Assembly: GCF_006345805.1 (NCBI RefSeq)
Contig: NC_043014.1
Span: 50,034,001-50,098,000, forward strand
Source: Octopus sinensis
Lineage: Eukaryota
Length of the DNA stretch: 64,000 bases
Direction of reading: 5' to 3'
Shown here piece after piece: positions 24,953 through 36,355 of this stretch. Position 1 is the stretch's first letter; the number at the start of each line of letters is the position of its first letter. The notes beneath the pieces are model-generated. The model had not been told where the DNA came from. It saw only the letters and a program-made list of their open reading frames with translations, and did no database searches. A program made the translations under genes and the position numbers.

Positions 24953-27230
24953 TTATATGCATACATATACATGTACATGCATATATATACACACATGCAT
25001 GCACATATTTTGTAGATAGACATTACCTGTGAGTGTGTATATGCATACCCAAATGCCTTTGCACTTGCACTCGCGATTGCACACACACACACACACACAT
25101 TCATGCAGTGTGATATCGCATTCACCGTTGCTAAAGTGCCGACGACGAAATGTTGGCATTTAAGTAAACAGTTGGTTTGTCATGTTGGAAATGTCAGTGA
25201 GTGCAACAACAGGTTATTGGGGGGGTGGGGGTGGGGGTGGGTGGGATAATTGTTAAGTGGATGAACAGATAGGTAGTTGGGTGGATTGGTGGGTAGGTAA
25301 GTAGGTAGGTAGGCAGGTAGGTAGATAGGTAGGTAGGCAGGTATTAAGATGTATAGAAATGTCCAACCCATGTAAGCATGCAGTATGGGTATTAAATGGT
25401 GATGATAATACATACATACAGGCATACATACATGCATACACACGTACATACATACATAGACACACACATACATATATACATACATACATTCAGACATACA
25501 TACATACATGCATACATATATACATACATTCATACATACATACATTCATACATGCATGCATACATACATGCATACATACATACACACACACACATACATA
25601 CATACAAACATACATACATGCATAGAAACATACATACATGCATGCATACACATGTATATACATGCATACAAACATACATACATGCATACAAACATACATA
25701 CATATATAATACATACATATATACATACATACATATATACATACATACACACACACACATACATACATACAAACATGCATAGAAACATACATACATGCAT
25801 GCACACACATGTATATACATGCATACATACATACATACATACGTACTTACATGCATACATACATATATATATACGCACAGGCATGGCTGTGTGGTAAGTA
25901 GCTTGCTTACGAACCACATGGTTCCAGGTTCAGTCTCACTGCATGGCACCTTGAGCAAGTGTCTTCTACTACAACCTCAGGCCGACCAAAGCCTTGTGAG
26001 TGGATCTGGAAGAAGGAAACTGAAAGAAGCCTGTCATGTACATGAGTGTGTGTGTGCCTGTGTGTGTGTGTGTAAGTGTGCATGTGTGTGCTTGCATGCA
26101 TGTGTGTGTGTACATGTGTTTGCCTGTGTGCATGCGTATATGTGTGTCCATGTGTGTGTATGTATGTGTTCATGTGTGTGTGTGTGCATGTGTTCGTGTG
26201 TGTGTGTGTATCCATGTGTGTGTATGTGTTCATGTGTGTGTGTGTATGTGTGTGCATGTGTTCATGTGTGTGTGTATCCATGTGTGTGTGTGTTATAGTA
26301 CATGTCCACCACCACTGTGTGTGTGTGTGTGTGTGTTATAGTACATGTCCACCACTACTACTTGACAAATGATGTTAGTGCACTGTTTACATCTCAATTA
26401 CTTGGCAATTCGGCAAAAGAGAGCAACAAAATAAATACCAGCTAGGTAGGTAGGTGGGTAAGTAGGTAATAACCCTCTCTTTCTTTGTGTGTTTGAGTGT
26501 GTATAATAGAGAGAAATCGATAGACAGAGAGAAAGATGTAAATAAACAGTTAGGTATATATTATAATATATATATATATCCCAATTGGATTATTGGTTTA
26601 GTGGTTGGTAGGTATAGGTGGTAGATAGCTAAATACGTAGGAAAATAGGTGGGTAGACAGTTAAATTCATAGGTAAATTGGTGTATATATATTACATTCA
26701 ACTGAAATGAGATGCCTTCAGTTTTTTTGCCAGGAATTCATTAACATTACGTGACTATACAATCCCAGCCCACATTCATTGTATATACACACACAAATAT
26801 ATATATACACACACATATATATATATATATACATATATACACATATACATATATATACACATGTACATATATATATACATACATATATATATATACACAT
26901 ATATATATATTACACATATACATATACACATATATACATACATATATATATATACACATATATACATATATATACACATATATATACATATATATATACA
27001 CATATATATATACATATATATAAACACATATATACACACACACACATATATATATATATACACATATACATACACACACACACACATATATATATATACA
27101 CATATACATACATATATATATATATACACACATATACATACATATATATATATACACATATACATATATATGTATACACACACACACACACATATATATA
27201 TATATGTGTGTGTGTGTGTATGTGTGTGTA
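22850..27230. repeat. Extended compound microsatellite field: (TG)n, (TA)n, (CATA)n, with 60-70-bp higher-order units at 23490-23990
   Basis: Direct inspection; similar fields at 5890-7200, 46390-46900, 55060-55560, 61055-61505. Confidence 0.9.
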
Positions 27231-27649
27231 GACATCATCTCATCTGACATTTCTATTGAATAAAGAGTGCTTCAATGGTAGGTGGCGCTAGTCATGCAGG
27301 TGGTTTTGTTGGTGGTTCTCCAGATTAATTCAGAGAACTGCATTTGCAGCAGTGGTGTGCAAATAACATCATTCTAAACCTGAACGTTGCTTAAATTATA
27401 TACCCGTCTGTCTGCATCTATTTGTGTGTATGCTTGCATGAGTGTGTTTGAGTATACATATCATATCATTATCATCATCATCATCGTTTAACGTCCGTTT
27501 TCCATGCTAGCATGGGTTGGACGGTTCGACCAGGGATCTGGGAAGCCAGGAGGCTGCGCCAGGCTCCAGTCTGATCTGGCAGTGTTTCTACAGCTGGATG
27601 CCCTTCCTAACGCCAACCACTCCGTGTCACTGGCACAGGGGCCAGAGGA

Positions 27650-28292
27650 GACTGGCAAACGGCCACGATCGGTTGGTGCTCTTTACGTGTCACCGACACA
27701 GATGCCAGTCAGGCGGCGCTGGCATCAGCCACGTTCGGATGGTGCTTTTTATGTGGCACCAACACAGACGCCAGTCAGGCGGCACTGGCATAAGCCACGT
27801 TCGGATGATGCTTTTTATGTGGCACCAACACAGACGCCAGTCAGGCGGCACTGGCATAAGCCACGTTTGGATGGTGCTTTTTACGTGCCACCGACACAGA
27901 CGCCAGTCAGGCGGCACTGGCATAAGCCACGTTCGGATGATGCTTTTTATGTGGCACCAACACAGACGCCAGTCAGGCGGCACTGGCATAAGCCACGTTC
28001 GGATGATGCTTTTTATGTGGCACCAACACAGACGCCAGTCAGGCGGCACTGGCATAAGCCACGTTCGGATGATGCTTTTTATGTGCCACCGACACAGACG
28101 CCAGTCAGGCAGCACTGGCATAAGCCACGTTCGGATGATGCTTTTTATGTGGCACCAACACAGACGCCAGTCAGGCGGCACTGGCATAAGCCACGTTTGG
28201 ATGGTGCTTTTTACGTGCCACCGACACAGACGCCAGTCAGGCGGCACTGGCATCAGCCACGTTCGGATGATGCTTTTTATGTGGCACCGGCA
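27650..28292. repeat. 66-bp minisatellite (~10 units) inside a family C SINE
   Basis: GGCACTGGCATAAGCC recurs at 27781, 27847, 27913 and onward. The 22-codon period explains the 291/278/187-aa ORFs. Confidence 0.92.
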
Positions 28293-28639
28293 CAGGTATC
28301 ACAACAATTTCCATTTGATATTTATTTTGATGTTGACGTACTTGACTCAATAGTTAATATATATATGTATGCAGTCTAATAATGGTTTCAAATTTTGGCA
28401 CAAGGCCAGCAATTCCGGGGGAGGGGTCAAGGCGAGTGCATTGAGCCTAGTATTCAACTGGTACTTGTTTTATCAACCCCGAAAGGATGAAAAGCAAAGT
28501 CAACCTCAGCAGAATTTGAACTCAGAACATGGAGACGGATGAAATGCTGCTAAGCATTAAAATATACCATTAGCTTAATGATAACTAAGTTATTTTACTA
28601 AATTCTTTGTTATATTTAAAATATAACTCCACCTGTCTA

Positions 28640-28978
28640 ACACCCGTGGACATGTTTACAAAGTCAGAAAGCAGCACAGCTCCCATGACTTTAGAAAACA
28701 TTTTTTCACGCTAAGAGTTGCTGAAGCATGGAACAAACTGCCGGCATCAGTTGTTAGTTGTCGGAGCACTGCATCCTTCAAAACTTCCATGCTTTCTGAG
28801 ATTCGCCAACATGACACCTGATTTTCTCCCCTCCATACACACACAAGCATGTATCTGACTCATACATTGTTCGCTTCCCAGACATTTGTACATTACTGCA
28901 TACACTTTATACGCACTTTCTGACAAGTTGTGGTGCACCTGAGCACTCTATACAATAATTTCATTATTATTATTATTA
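28640..28978 (+). mobile_element. CR1-clade LINE 3' end
   Basis: TRGHVYKVRKQHSSHDFRKHFFTLRVAEAWNKLPASVV...FKTSM, 3' UTR and (ATT)n tail. Confidence 0.88.
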
Positions 28979-29404
28979 TAATTGAAAGAAACACAGAGCA
29001 TCTCAAAATAAATACAGTAACGAAAGGGTTAAGCTAATGAGATAGAAGTGGTAGAAAGAAAAGACAGCACTTCTGTGAATCAGGGTCTGAAGTGTGAGTG
29101 AATTCATACCTATCATTTGAGTGACACTTTTCTAGATGTAGTCTTGGTAACAAACCTGAAATAAATAATTCCTTGTTGTATTTAGGTGATTCCATTTCTA
29201 CTGTATTTTTCTGGCATACAAGTTCATGTGATATATTGTGTGAATATTCAAACATTGTCACTGTTTTTTCAAATCCTGTTGAATTTCACGCAGAATTTTT
29301 CAGTCTGCCAAAGCTGTCTTGATGAAGAAGTCAAGCTACCATTTTGGTCGTAAATTTTGGTGATCACCACCTATCACCAGTATTTATATTATCTCTCATC
29401 TAAG

Positions 29405-29745
29405 GTGTGAAGGCGGATGGCTCAATGGTTAGATTATTGGGCATACAATCATGAGGTAGTGAGTTTGATTCCTGGACCGGGCTGTGTGTTGTGTTCTTGA
29501 GCAAGACACTTTATTTCACAATGCTCCAGTTCTGTAGAAATGAGTTGTGGCATCATTGGTGCCCAGCTGTATCGGCCCCTTTGCCTCTCCTTTGGATAAC
29601 ATTGATGGCATGGAGAGGAGAGATTGGTATGCGTGGGCGACTTCTGGTCTTCTATAAACAACCTTGCCCAGACTTGTACCTTGGAGGAGAACTTTCTCAG
29701 TGCAATCCCATGGTCATTCATGTCCGAAGAAGGTCTTTACCCTTT
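29405..29745 (+). mobile_element. tRNA-derived CORE-like SINE, family F (5' part duplicated at ~31890-32030)
   Basis: TGGCTCAATGG, GAGTTTGATTCC, TTGAGCAAGACACTTTATTTCAC. Confidence 0.7.
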
Positions 29746-29924
29746 TACTTATCTAAAGTCCATAAAATAGACACCAGTCTTGCAATGTGTGTGTGGTAAC
29801 AATGAGCTACCTGTTACCAAATTTTAATATTCAAGAAATATTTAGGCAGGTGGCTAGTAGAATAAGTAGAGCATCAGACAGTACCCTGTTGTGCTTAATT
29901 TTGAATTATAAACCTGCAATATTA

Positions 29925-30545
29925 CATATGGCAGAATCATTAACATGCCAGACAAAATGCTTAAAGGTGGTGATCTGGCAGAAACGTTAGCACGCTGGGT
30001 GAAATGCTTAGTGGTATTTCGTCTGTCTTTACGTTCTGAGTTCAAATTCTGCCAAGGTCGACTTTGCCTTTCATCCTTTTGGGGTCAATAAATTAAGTAC
30101 CAGTTATGCACTGGGGTCGATATAATCGACTTAATCCGTTTGTCTGTCCTTGTTTGTCCTCTCTGTGTTTAGCCCCTTGTGGGTAGTAAAGAAATAGGTA
30201 TTTCGCCTATTTCACTGCGTTCTGAGTTCAAATTCTGCCAAGGTCAACTTTGCCTTTCATCCTTTCGGGGTCGATAAATTAAGTACCAGCTATGCACTGG
30301 GGTCGATATAATCGACTTAATCTGTTTGTCTGTCCTTGTTTGTCCTATTTGTGTTTAGCCCCTTGTGGGTAGTAAAGAAATAGGTATTTCGTCTGCCTTT
30401 ATATTCTGAGTTCAAATTCTGCTGAGGTCAACTTTGCCTTTCATTTTTTTGGGACTGATAAAACAGGTACCAGTTGAACACTGGGGTCAATGTGATTGAC
30501 TTACTCCTTCCCTAAAATTGCTGGCCTTGAGCCAAAATTTGAAAC
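29925..30545 (+). mobile_element. Tandem array of family A SINEs (3-4 partial units)
   Basis: Repeated GAGTTCAAATTCTGCCAAGGTC...AAAGAAATAGGTATTTCG units. Confidence 0.85.
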
Positions 30546-30669
30546 TAATATTAAAAATGTGTAACTTTATGTCAAACTTAGGAACAGGTATTAAGGTGAT
30601 GCGAAGATAAAATTTTTAAATACCTGATTTATTGATTGATTAATTTATTAATTATTCCTTCTTCTGCAG

Positions 30670-30936
30670 ATTTAGATAATCTGATTGCTTATGCAGTTCC
30701 ATCCAGTGTTGTTGCTGGTGGCAGAGTGGCTCTTGTCTGTAAAGGGAACGGTCGACCAGCTGTGAATAAAACGTGGACGAAAAGTGGAAGTTCTTGGGAG
30801 AAAGATGCAAAGGAATTGTTCATTCTCAACAACGTTTCTTTAAAAGGGACTGGAATTTATATTTGCACCATGTGGAATGCAATTGGTAGAACATCTGCTG
30901 CTGTTGGTCTTCATGTAAAAGAAGAGGAGAGAAAAG
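30670..30936 (+). CDS. IgSF receptor exon B: Ig I/C2-set domain
   Basis: Acceptor ttattccttcttctgcAG, donor AAG|GTGAAA, 267 nt, phase 1-1; T|AT gives Tyr in frame with exon A. Peptide VALVCKGNGRPAVNKTW...LNNVSLKGTGIYICTMWNAIG...VGLHV carries the GxYxC motif. Confidence 0.92.
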
Positions 30937-31052
30937 GTGAAATATTTGGATATTTTGACCAGTGGGGCCTAAAAACACAATGGGCCCTCTTGCATTGTTT
31001 TAAAACTCTAAAAGCTGTATGTGGGTCCCATAAGAAGAATCTCAGTCTTGAT

Positions 31053-31858
31053 CAGTGATTTTCAACCAGGGTCCATATAAGATTTTGTTGTTAAAATTTA
31101 TGTGCAATAAATCTATTATATTGGGTTGTCCGGAAAGTTCATGCCGATTTATAGTAGCTTACCTTTCGACTTATTTTAGAACATGGTTGAGTCCATAAAA
31201 TAGGATTTGACTACACCTCCATTTAGAGCACAGTTTAAGCTATCTTTCCGTGGAAGAAGGTTTTAAGTTCCTATAACCTTTGTTAATTCTGTAACCCTTT
31301 AAAATGGAAGATAAGAAAGTTCATTTTCGGCACTTAATGCTTTGGGAACCAGACAAAAATTGCTGCAGCTCGGCTGGGATGTGTTACCCCACCCTCCATA
31401 TTCACCAGATATTGCTCCTTCAGATTTCCACTTATTCAGGTCTCTGCAGAATAGTCTTAATGGTAAAAATTTTAATTCCTTGGATGACGTAAAAAAGATA
31501 CCTTGATGAATTCTTTGCCATGAAACCACCTCAATTCTGAGAAGAGGGTATTTTCAAGTTAAAGGAAAGATGGAGACGCATTGTGCAACAAAATGGTTCA
31601 TATTTGGTTGATTAAAAATGTAATGGCAAGTATTTATTGACCTTTTTCTTTCCTTTAAAAATCGGCACGAACTTTCCGGACAACCCAATACTTCTGCAAT
31701 ACTCAAAATATTTAAAAGATTTGTTTATATAGTTCCTGATAATATTTAATTATGAAAATGTAATATGATTTTTTTAATCATTTGATGGCCAGGAGGGTCC
31801 ATTTCAGTAGAATAAGAATCAAAAGGGTCCATAGGTGAAAAATGGTTGAGCAGCACTG
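31053..31858. mobile_element. hAT-like MITE interrupted by the mariner
   Basis: CAGTGATTTTCAACCA / TGGTTGAGCAGCACTG (13/16 match); no clear 8-bp TSD. Confidence 0.55.
31121..31688 (+). mobile_element. Internally deleted mariner transposon
   Basis: 30-bp TIRs TTGGGTTGTCCGGAAAGTTCATGCCGATTT with TA on both sides; N-terminal MEDKKVHFRHLMLW and C-terminal HPPYSPDIAPSDFHLFRSLQN. Confidence 0.92.
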
Positions 31859-32362
31859 CTTGGTGTCTTTATATTATCTCTCATCTAAGGTGTGAAGGCA
31901 GATGGCTCAATGGTTAGGTTATTGGGCTTACAATCACGAGGTAGTGAGTTTGATTCCTGGACCGAGCTGTGTGTTGTGTTCTTGAGCAAGGCACTTTATT
32001 TCACGTTGCTCCAGTTCTGTAGAAATGAGTTGACTTTTCTGAGACTAAATAACATCAACAACATGGACGGACTAGGGACCCGAATTAACAACAGGCTGGA
32101 GGTTGGCAATCAGTGTATTATTTTGCAACATCTGGATGCGTGTAGGTTCATTTTTGATAACTGCACGTATAATATACAACTTAAAAGCAGCGCTGTCGAT
32201 GTCCCAACACACACGGGCTTGAGACATGGCCGCCCTTATGCACTTCTCATGTGGAATTCTGGAAGGAGCTTCGTGAGGCCATTGCAGAGATGCTTCCGGA
32301 AAAAAAAAATTTCAGTAACCATTGGAAAACCGATTATAGCAGTGACTCGATCAACTCCTAGC

Positions 32363-32410
32363 GATATCTGAAGAAGGAATTTTTGTATTCCGAAATATTG
32401 TTATTATATC
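32363..32410 (+). ncRNA. Type I hammerhead ribozyme in the intron between exons B and C
   Basis: GAUAU-CUGAAGA-A-GGAAU(UUUUGU)AUUCC-GAAA-UA(UUGU)UAU-U-AUAUC: 5-bp stem I, 5-bp stem II, 3-bp stem III, AUU triplet, one extra A after A9. Confidence 0.75.
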
Positions 32411-33371
32411 AGATTATGGATAATTAAATTATAACGAGTTATTATAGTCCACCCTGCATTGTTGTGCCATTCAAGACACGTTATATTTTACAAACAACAT
32501 GGAGATTTTAGAAAGGAGGGCAGTGGTTTGAAGCTGGTCAGATTCCATGTGATTAAAACCACACGTATGCTCTCTCCCTCTGACTGTTCAGCTATCGGTC
32601 AAAATCCTCCATATATATACTTTGGTTGTGGAAATAAGACAATTCATGCATGAAGAAAATTACATAAGACAAGATACAGCCTATGAATACCCCACCCCAC
32701 CACCACCATATACACCCACTTAGTTATGGGGGTCTTTTTACAACATCATCATTGTTCAACGTCCGCTTTACATGCTAGCATGGTTTGACCGGGGTCTGGG
32801 AAACCAGAAGGCTGCACCAGGCTCCAGTCTGATCTAGCAGTGTTTCTACAGCTGGATGCCCTTCCTAATGCCAACCACTCCGTGAGTGTAGTGGGTGCTT
32901 TTTACATGTTAACGGCACAGGTGCCAGGCGAGACTGGCAACGGCCACGATCGGTTGGTGCTTTTTACATGCCACCGGCACAGAAGCCAGTCAAGGCGGCG
33001 CTGGCATCGGCCACGATCGGTTGGTGCTTTTTACATGCCACCAGCATGGGTGCCAGGTGAGGCTGGCAACAGCCACGATTGGTTGGTGCATGCTTTTTAC
33101 ATGCCACCAGCACAGAAGCCAGTCAAGGCGAGGCTGGCATCGGCCACGATCGGTTGGTGCTTTTTACATGCCACCGGCACGAAGGCCAGTCGAGGCGGCG
33201 CTGGCAACGGCCACATTCGGACGGTTCTTTTACGTGCCACCGGCACTGGTATCACAACTACAATTTCCATTGATTTTTTATCGATTTTGATTTTTTTTTA
33301 CCTGGTATTGAAACCCAAAACGTTTTATTTACTGAACTCCAAATGCTTTCTTTCAATTTCCTTCCACACAG

Positions 33372-33524
33372 TTCTACCTGCCCCGGCTGAAGTTCACGAA
33401 GATGTCACTGCTGCTCCAATACTAAATGCTTTGCTCATCTTCTGCATTCTGATATTCTTGCTTCTCTTCGTTCTGCTGGTACTAGTTCTACATTACATTT
33501 ACCGCACCATTCCCTTGAAGTCTC
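33372..33524 (+). CDS. IgSF receptor exon C: stalk plus transmembrane helix
   Basis: Acceptor tttcaatttccttccacacAG, donor C|GTAAGT, 153 nt, phase 1-1. VLPAPAEVHEDVTAAP-ILNALLIFCILIFLLLFVLLVLVLHYIY-RTIPLKS is a hydrophobic helix followed by basic residues. Confidence 0.9.
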
Positions 33525-34883
33525 GTAAGTACAACAGATTGAGAGATCTATTTCTTTTTTTTTCCAAACGTATTATGCAATAGTGGCTGTGTGGTTAAGA
33601 AGTTTGCTTCCCAAACACATGGTTCTGGGTTCAGTCCCACTGCATGGCACCTTAGGCAAGTATCTTCTACTATAGCTTCATGCCAACCAAAGCCTTGGGA
33701 GTGGATTTGGTATTTGATAGACAGACACTGAAAGAAACCTGGCGGTGTGAGGTTCTTGAGAAGACCTGCCCACGTCAACAAAACTGAGTTCTAGAAGCGC
33801 TGTGTGTTCACCTACACGTAGCAAGAAAACATTTCACACACCCTACCCCCAAAAAAACCAAACTACATCTCTTCTTTTCCTCTGGCATTTGCCACCATCT
33901 CTCACTCTCCTCTTTTACTTGACCATCCTATTTATATTCTGATCCCAGTCCCTTGTGAGCATGCCCAGAACTTTGCCACCATCTCTCTCCTGCTCTTCCC
34001 TTGGGTTGGGTACCCATCTCCTTTACTGCAGCACACTTGCTTCTATCCTCATTCCTGACCTCTCTCTCTCTCTGTCCCTCTCCGGCTGAATAACGTTGTG
34101 CCTTCTCTACAGCAAGACACAGGTTTCTTTCTCACTATAACCTTTCATCATCTGATGCCCTCTCCCCTCACAAAGGATCATTGTCTTGCAAGTTACTTGG
34201 TGACCTTGCCAGTGCTGATGCTACACAAAACGCATCCAGTCCACACTGTAAACTGGTTGGCATTTGGAAGGGCATCCAGCTGTAAAAAAACCATGCCAAA
34301 ACTGACCTTACCTGTGCTGGTGCCATGTAAAAAGTACTCTGTACACCCTGCTGGGTGGTTGGTGTCAGGAAAGGCATGCAGCTTTAAAAACCAGACCAAA
34401 ACAAACACAGAAGTCTGGTAAGGCTCCTGTCAAACTGTCCAACCCATAGCAGCATGGAAGGCAGATCTTAAACAATGATTATTATTATTATTATTATTTT
34501 CATCATCATTATTATTATTATTATTATTATTATAATTAAGGTGGCAAGCTGGCAGTGTCATTAGCACACTGGGTGAAATGCTTAGCAGTATTTCGTCTGT
34601 CGCTTACATTCTGAGTTCAAATTCCGCCGTGGTCAACTTTGCCTTTCATCCTTTCAGGGTCAATAAAATAAGTACCAGTTACGCACTGGGGTCGATATAA
34701 TCGACTGTCCCCCTCCCCACAAAAATCCAATAGTTGAAAGGATTATTATTATTGTTCTGAATTTAAACTCCACCAAGGTCGACTTTGTCTCTCGTCCTTT
34801 TGGGGTCGATAAATCAAGAAACTAGTCCAGGATTGGAGCTGATGTAACTGACTTACTCCTCCCCCAAATTTCAGGCCTTCAGG

Positions 34884-34927
<44 letters not shown>

Positions 34928-35651
34928 CATTATTGAGTGAGAGAGCAGTGCCTGCCATCAAAGTGACACTGGGGTAAAATATACGAAGCCCAGTATACCC
35001 ATCATGACTACTCGTCTGATAAGGGTACACCAGGCACATGCATCACAGCCATGTGTGTGACATGGTGATAAACAGCACATGACCTTGCAGGTGGGGCCCA
35101 GTTAGAATTTTCTTCTGGTCGAGTAACCCATCCTGCTCAAAAGGTCCCTGAATAAGGTTTGTTTAAGGATGTTGAAGAAACACCCATGTTTCCAGAGGTG
35201 AATTATCCAAACCCCCAAACAGACTCCTCTCAACACATGGCTATGATGCTCCCCCACTACTTCTGCTCGTGATCAGAGATGCACATATCGTCAGCCACTA
35301 AGGGACATGCTCAACTGGTTAAGGTCAAACAATTGACAAGCAAATCTGTGGTATTGAGCAGAATATTTGCTGTAGCCCATCTTTTATACAAAGACAAAAC
35401 AATGTACATGTTAACACTGCCAATCAGTTAAGATCAGAAGCCATGAGAGCCATTGCCTGGTACTGCATCAGGGCATTTTATTATTATTATTATTATTTTC
35501 CTTCTTTCTTCAAATTTTCTTTGTTTCTCGCAATTGTATGCATTCCCAATTATTATTATTATTATTATTATTATCATCATTATCATTGTTGTTATTGCAA
35601 ACTTCAGTTATTCAAAATAATTTCACCTTGACATTTTTTTCTATTTCATAG

Positions 35652-35667
35652 GAAGCTGCAAAAGACG
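35652..35667 (+). CDS. IgSF receptor exon D: 16-nt juxtamembrane microexon (RSCKR)
   Basis: cttgacattttttctatttcatAG|GAAGCTGCAAAAGACG|GTAAGT. Converts phase 1 to phase 2, exactly what is needed to join exon C to exon E. Confidence 0.8.
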
Positions 35668-36150
35668 GTAAGTAAAAATGTTTTTAATTAACGAACAATG
35701 ATAAACAACACAAAATAGAAGACTCAACTGTCAAATTCCCACCCACACACAAATCATGGAGTTTAGATGCCTAAACATAATGCTCTCTCCCTCCCTCCCT
35801 CTCTCTCTCTCTATGTATGTGCATGCTTCTGCTGCTTACTCTCTCTGTCTCTGTTTTATTCTTTTCTACCACACTCTCTCTCTCTCTCTCTCTCTCTCCA
35901 GCTTTGTTTTACTTCACTGTATCTCAGTAATTGATGAAATGGCTGTTCTACTTAAGAATATAAATGGTCAAGTTTACCGTTTGAAAAGATTTTGTTTTAC
36001 TGAAATATCTTCTGTGCCTGTACATCTATGTGTAACCATATAGGTGGTGTGTATATATGTATATATGTGTGCGTATATATATATATATATATATAGGTAT
36101 ATGTGTGCCTGTGTATGTATACATATGTGTGTGTGTATATATATATTTAT

Positions 36151-36192
<42 letters not shown>

Positions 36193-36319
36193 GCATGTAT
36201 ACATACATGTGTATATATATGTATTTATACATACCTGTGTGATATATATATATATATACACACACGTAAGTATAAATACATATATATATGTACAAACACA
36301 CACACATATATAATATACG

Positions 36320-36355
<36 letters not shown>

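Noticed and set aside
27504-28379. 291/278/187-aa ORFs and CRISPR-like periodicity
   Set aside because: A 66-bp tandem unit within a SINE; no unique spacers, no cas genes, eukaryotic context.
32186-32361. Short frame ETWPPLCTSHVEFWKELREAI, reminiscent of a TIR C-terminus
   Set aside because: No splice acceptor or upstream domain; the similarity is too short.
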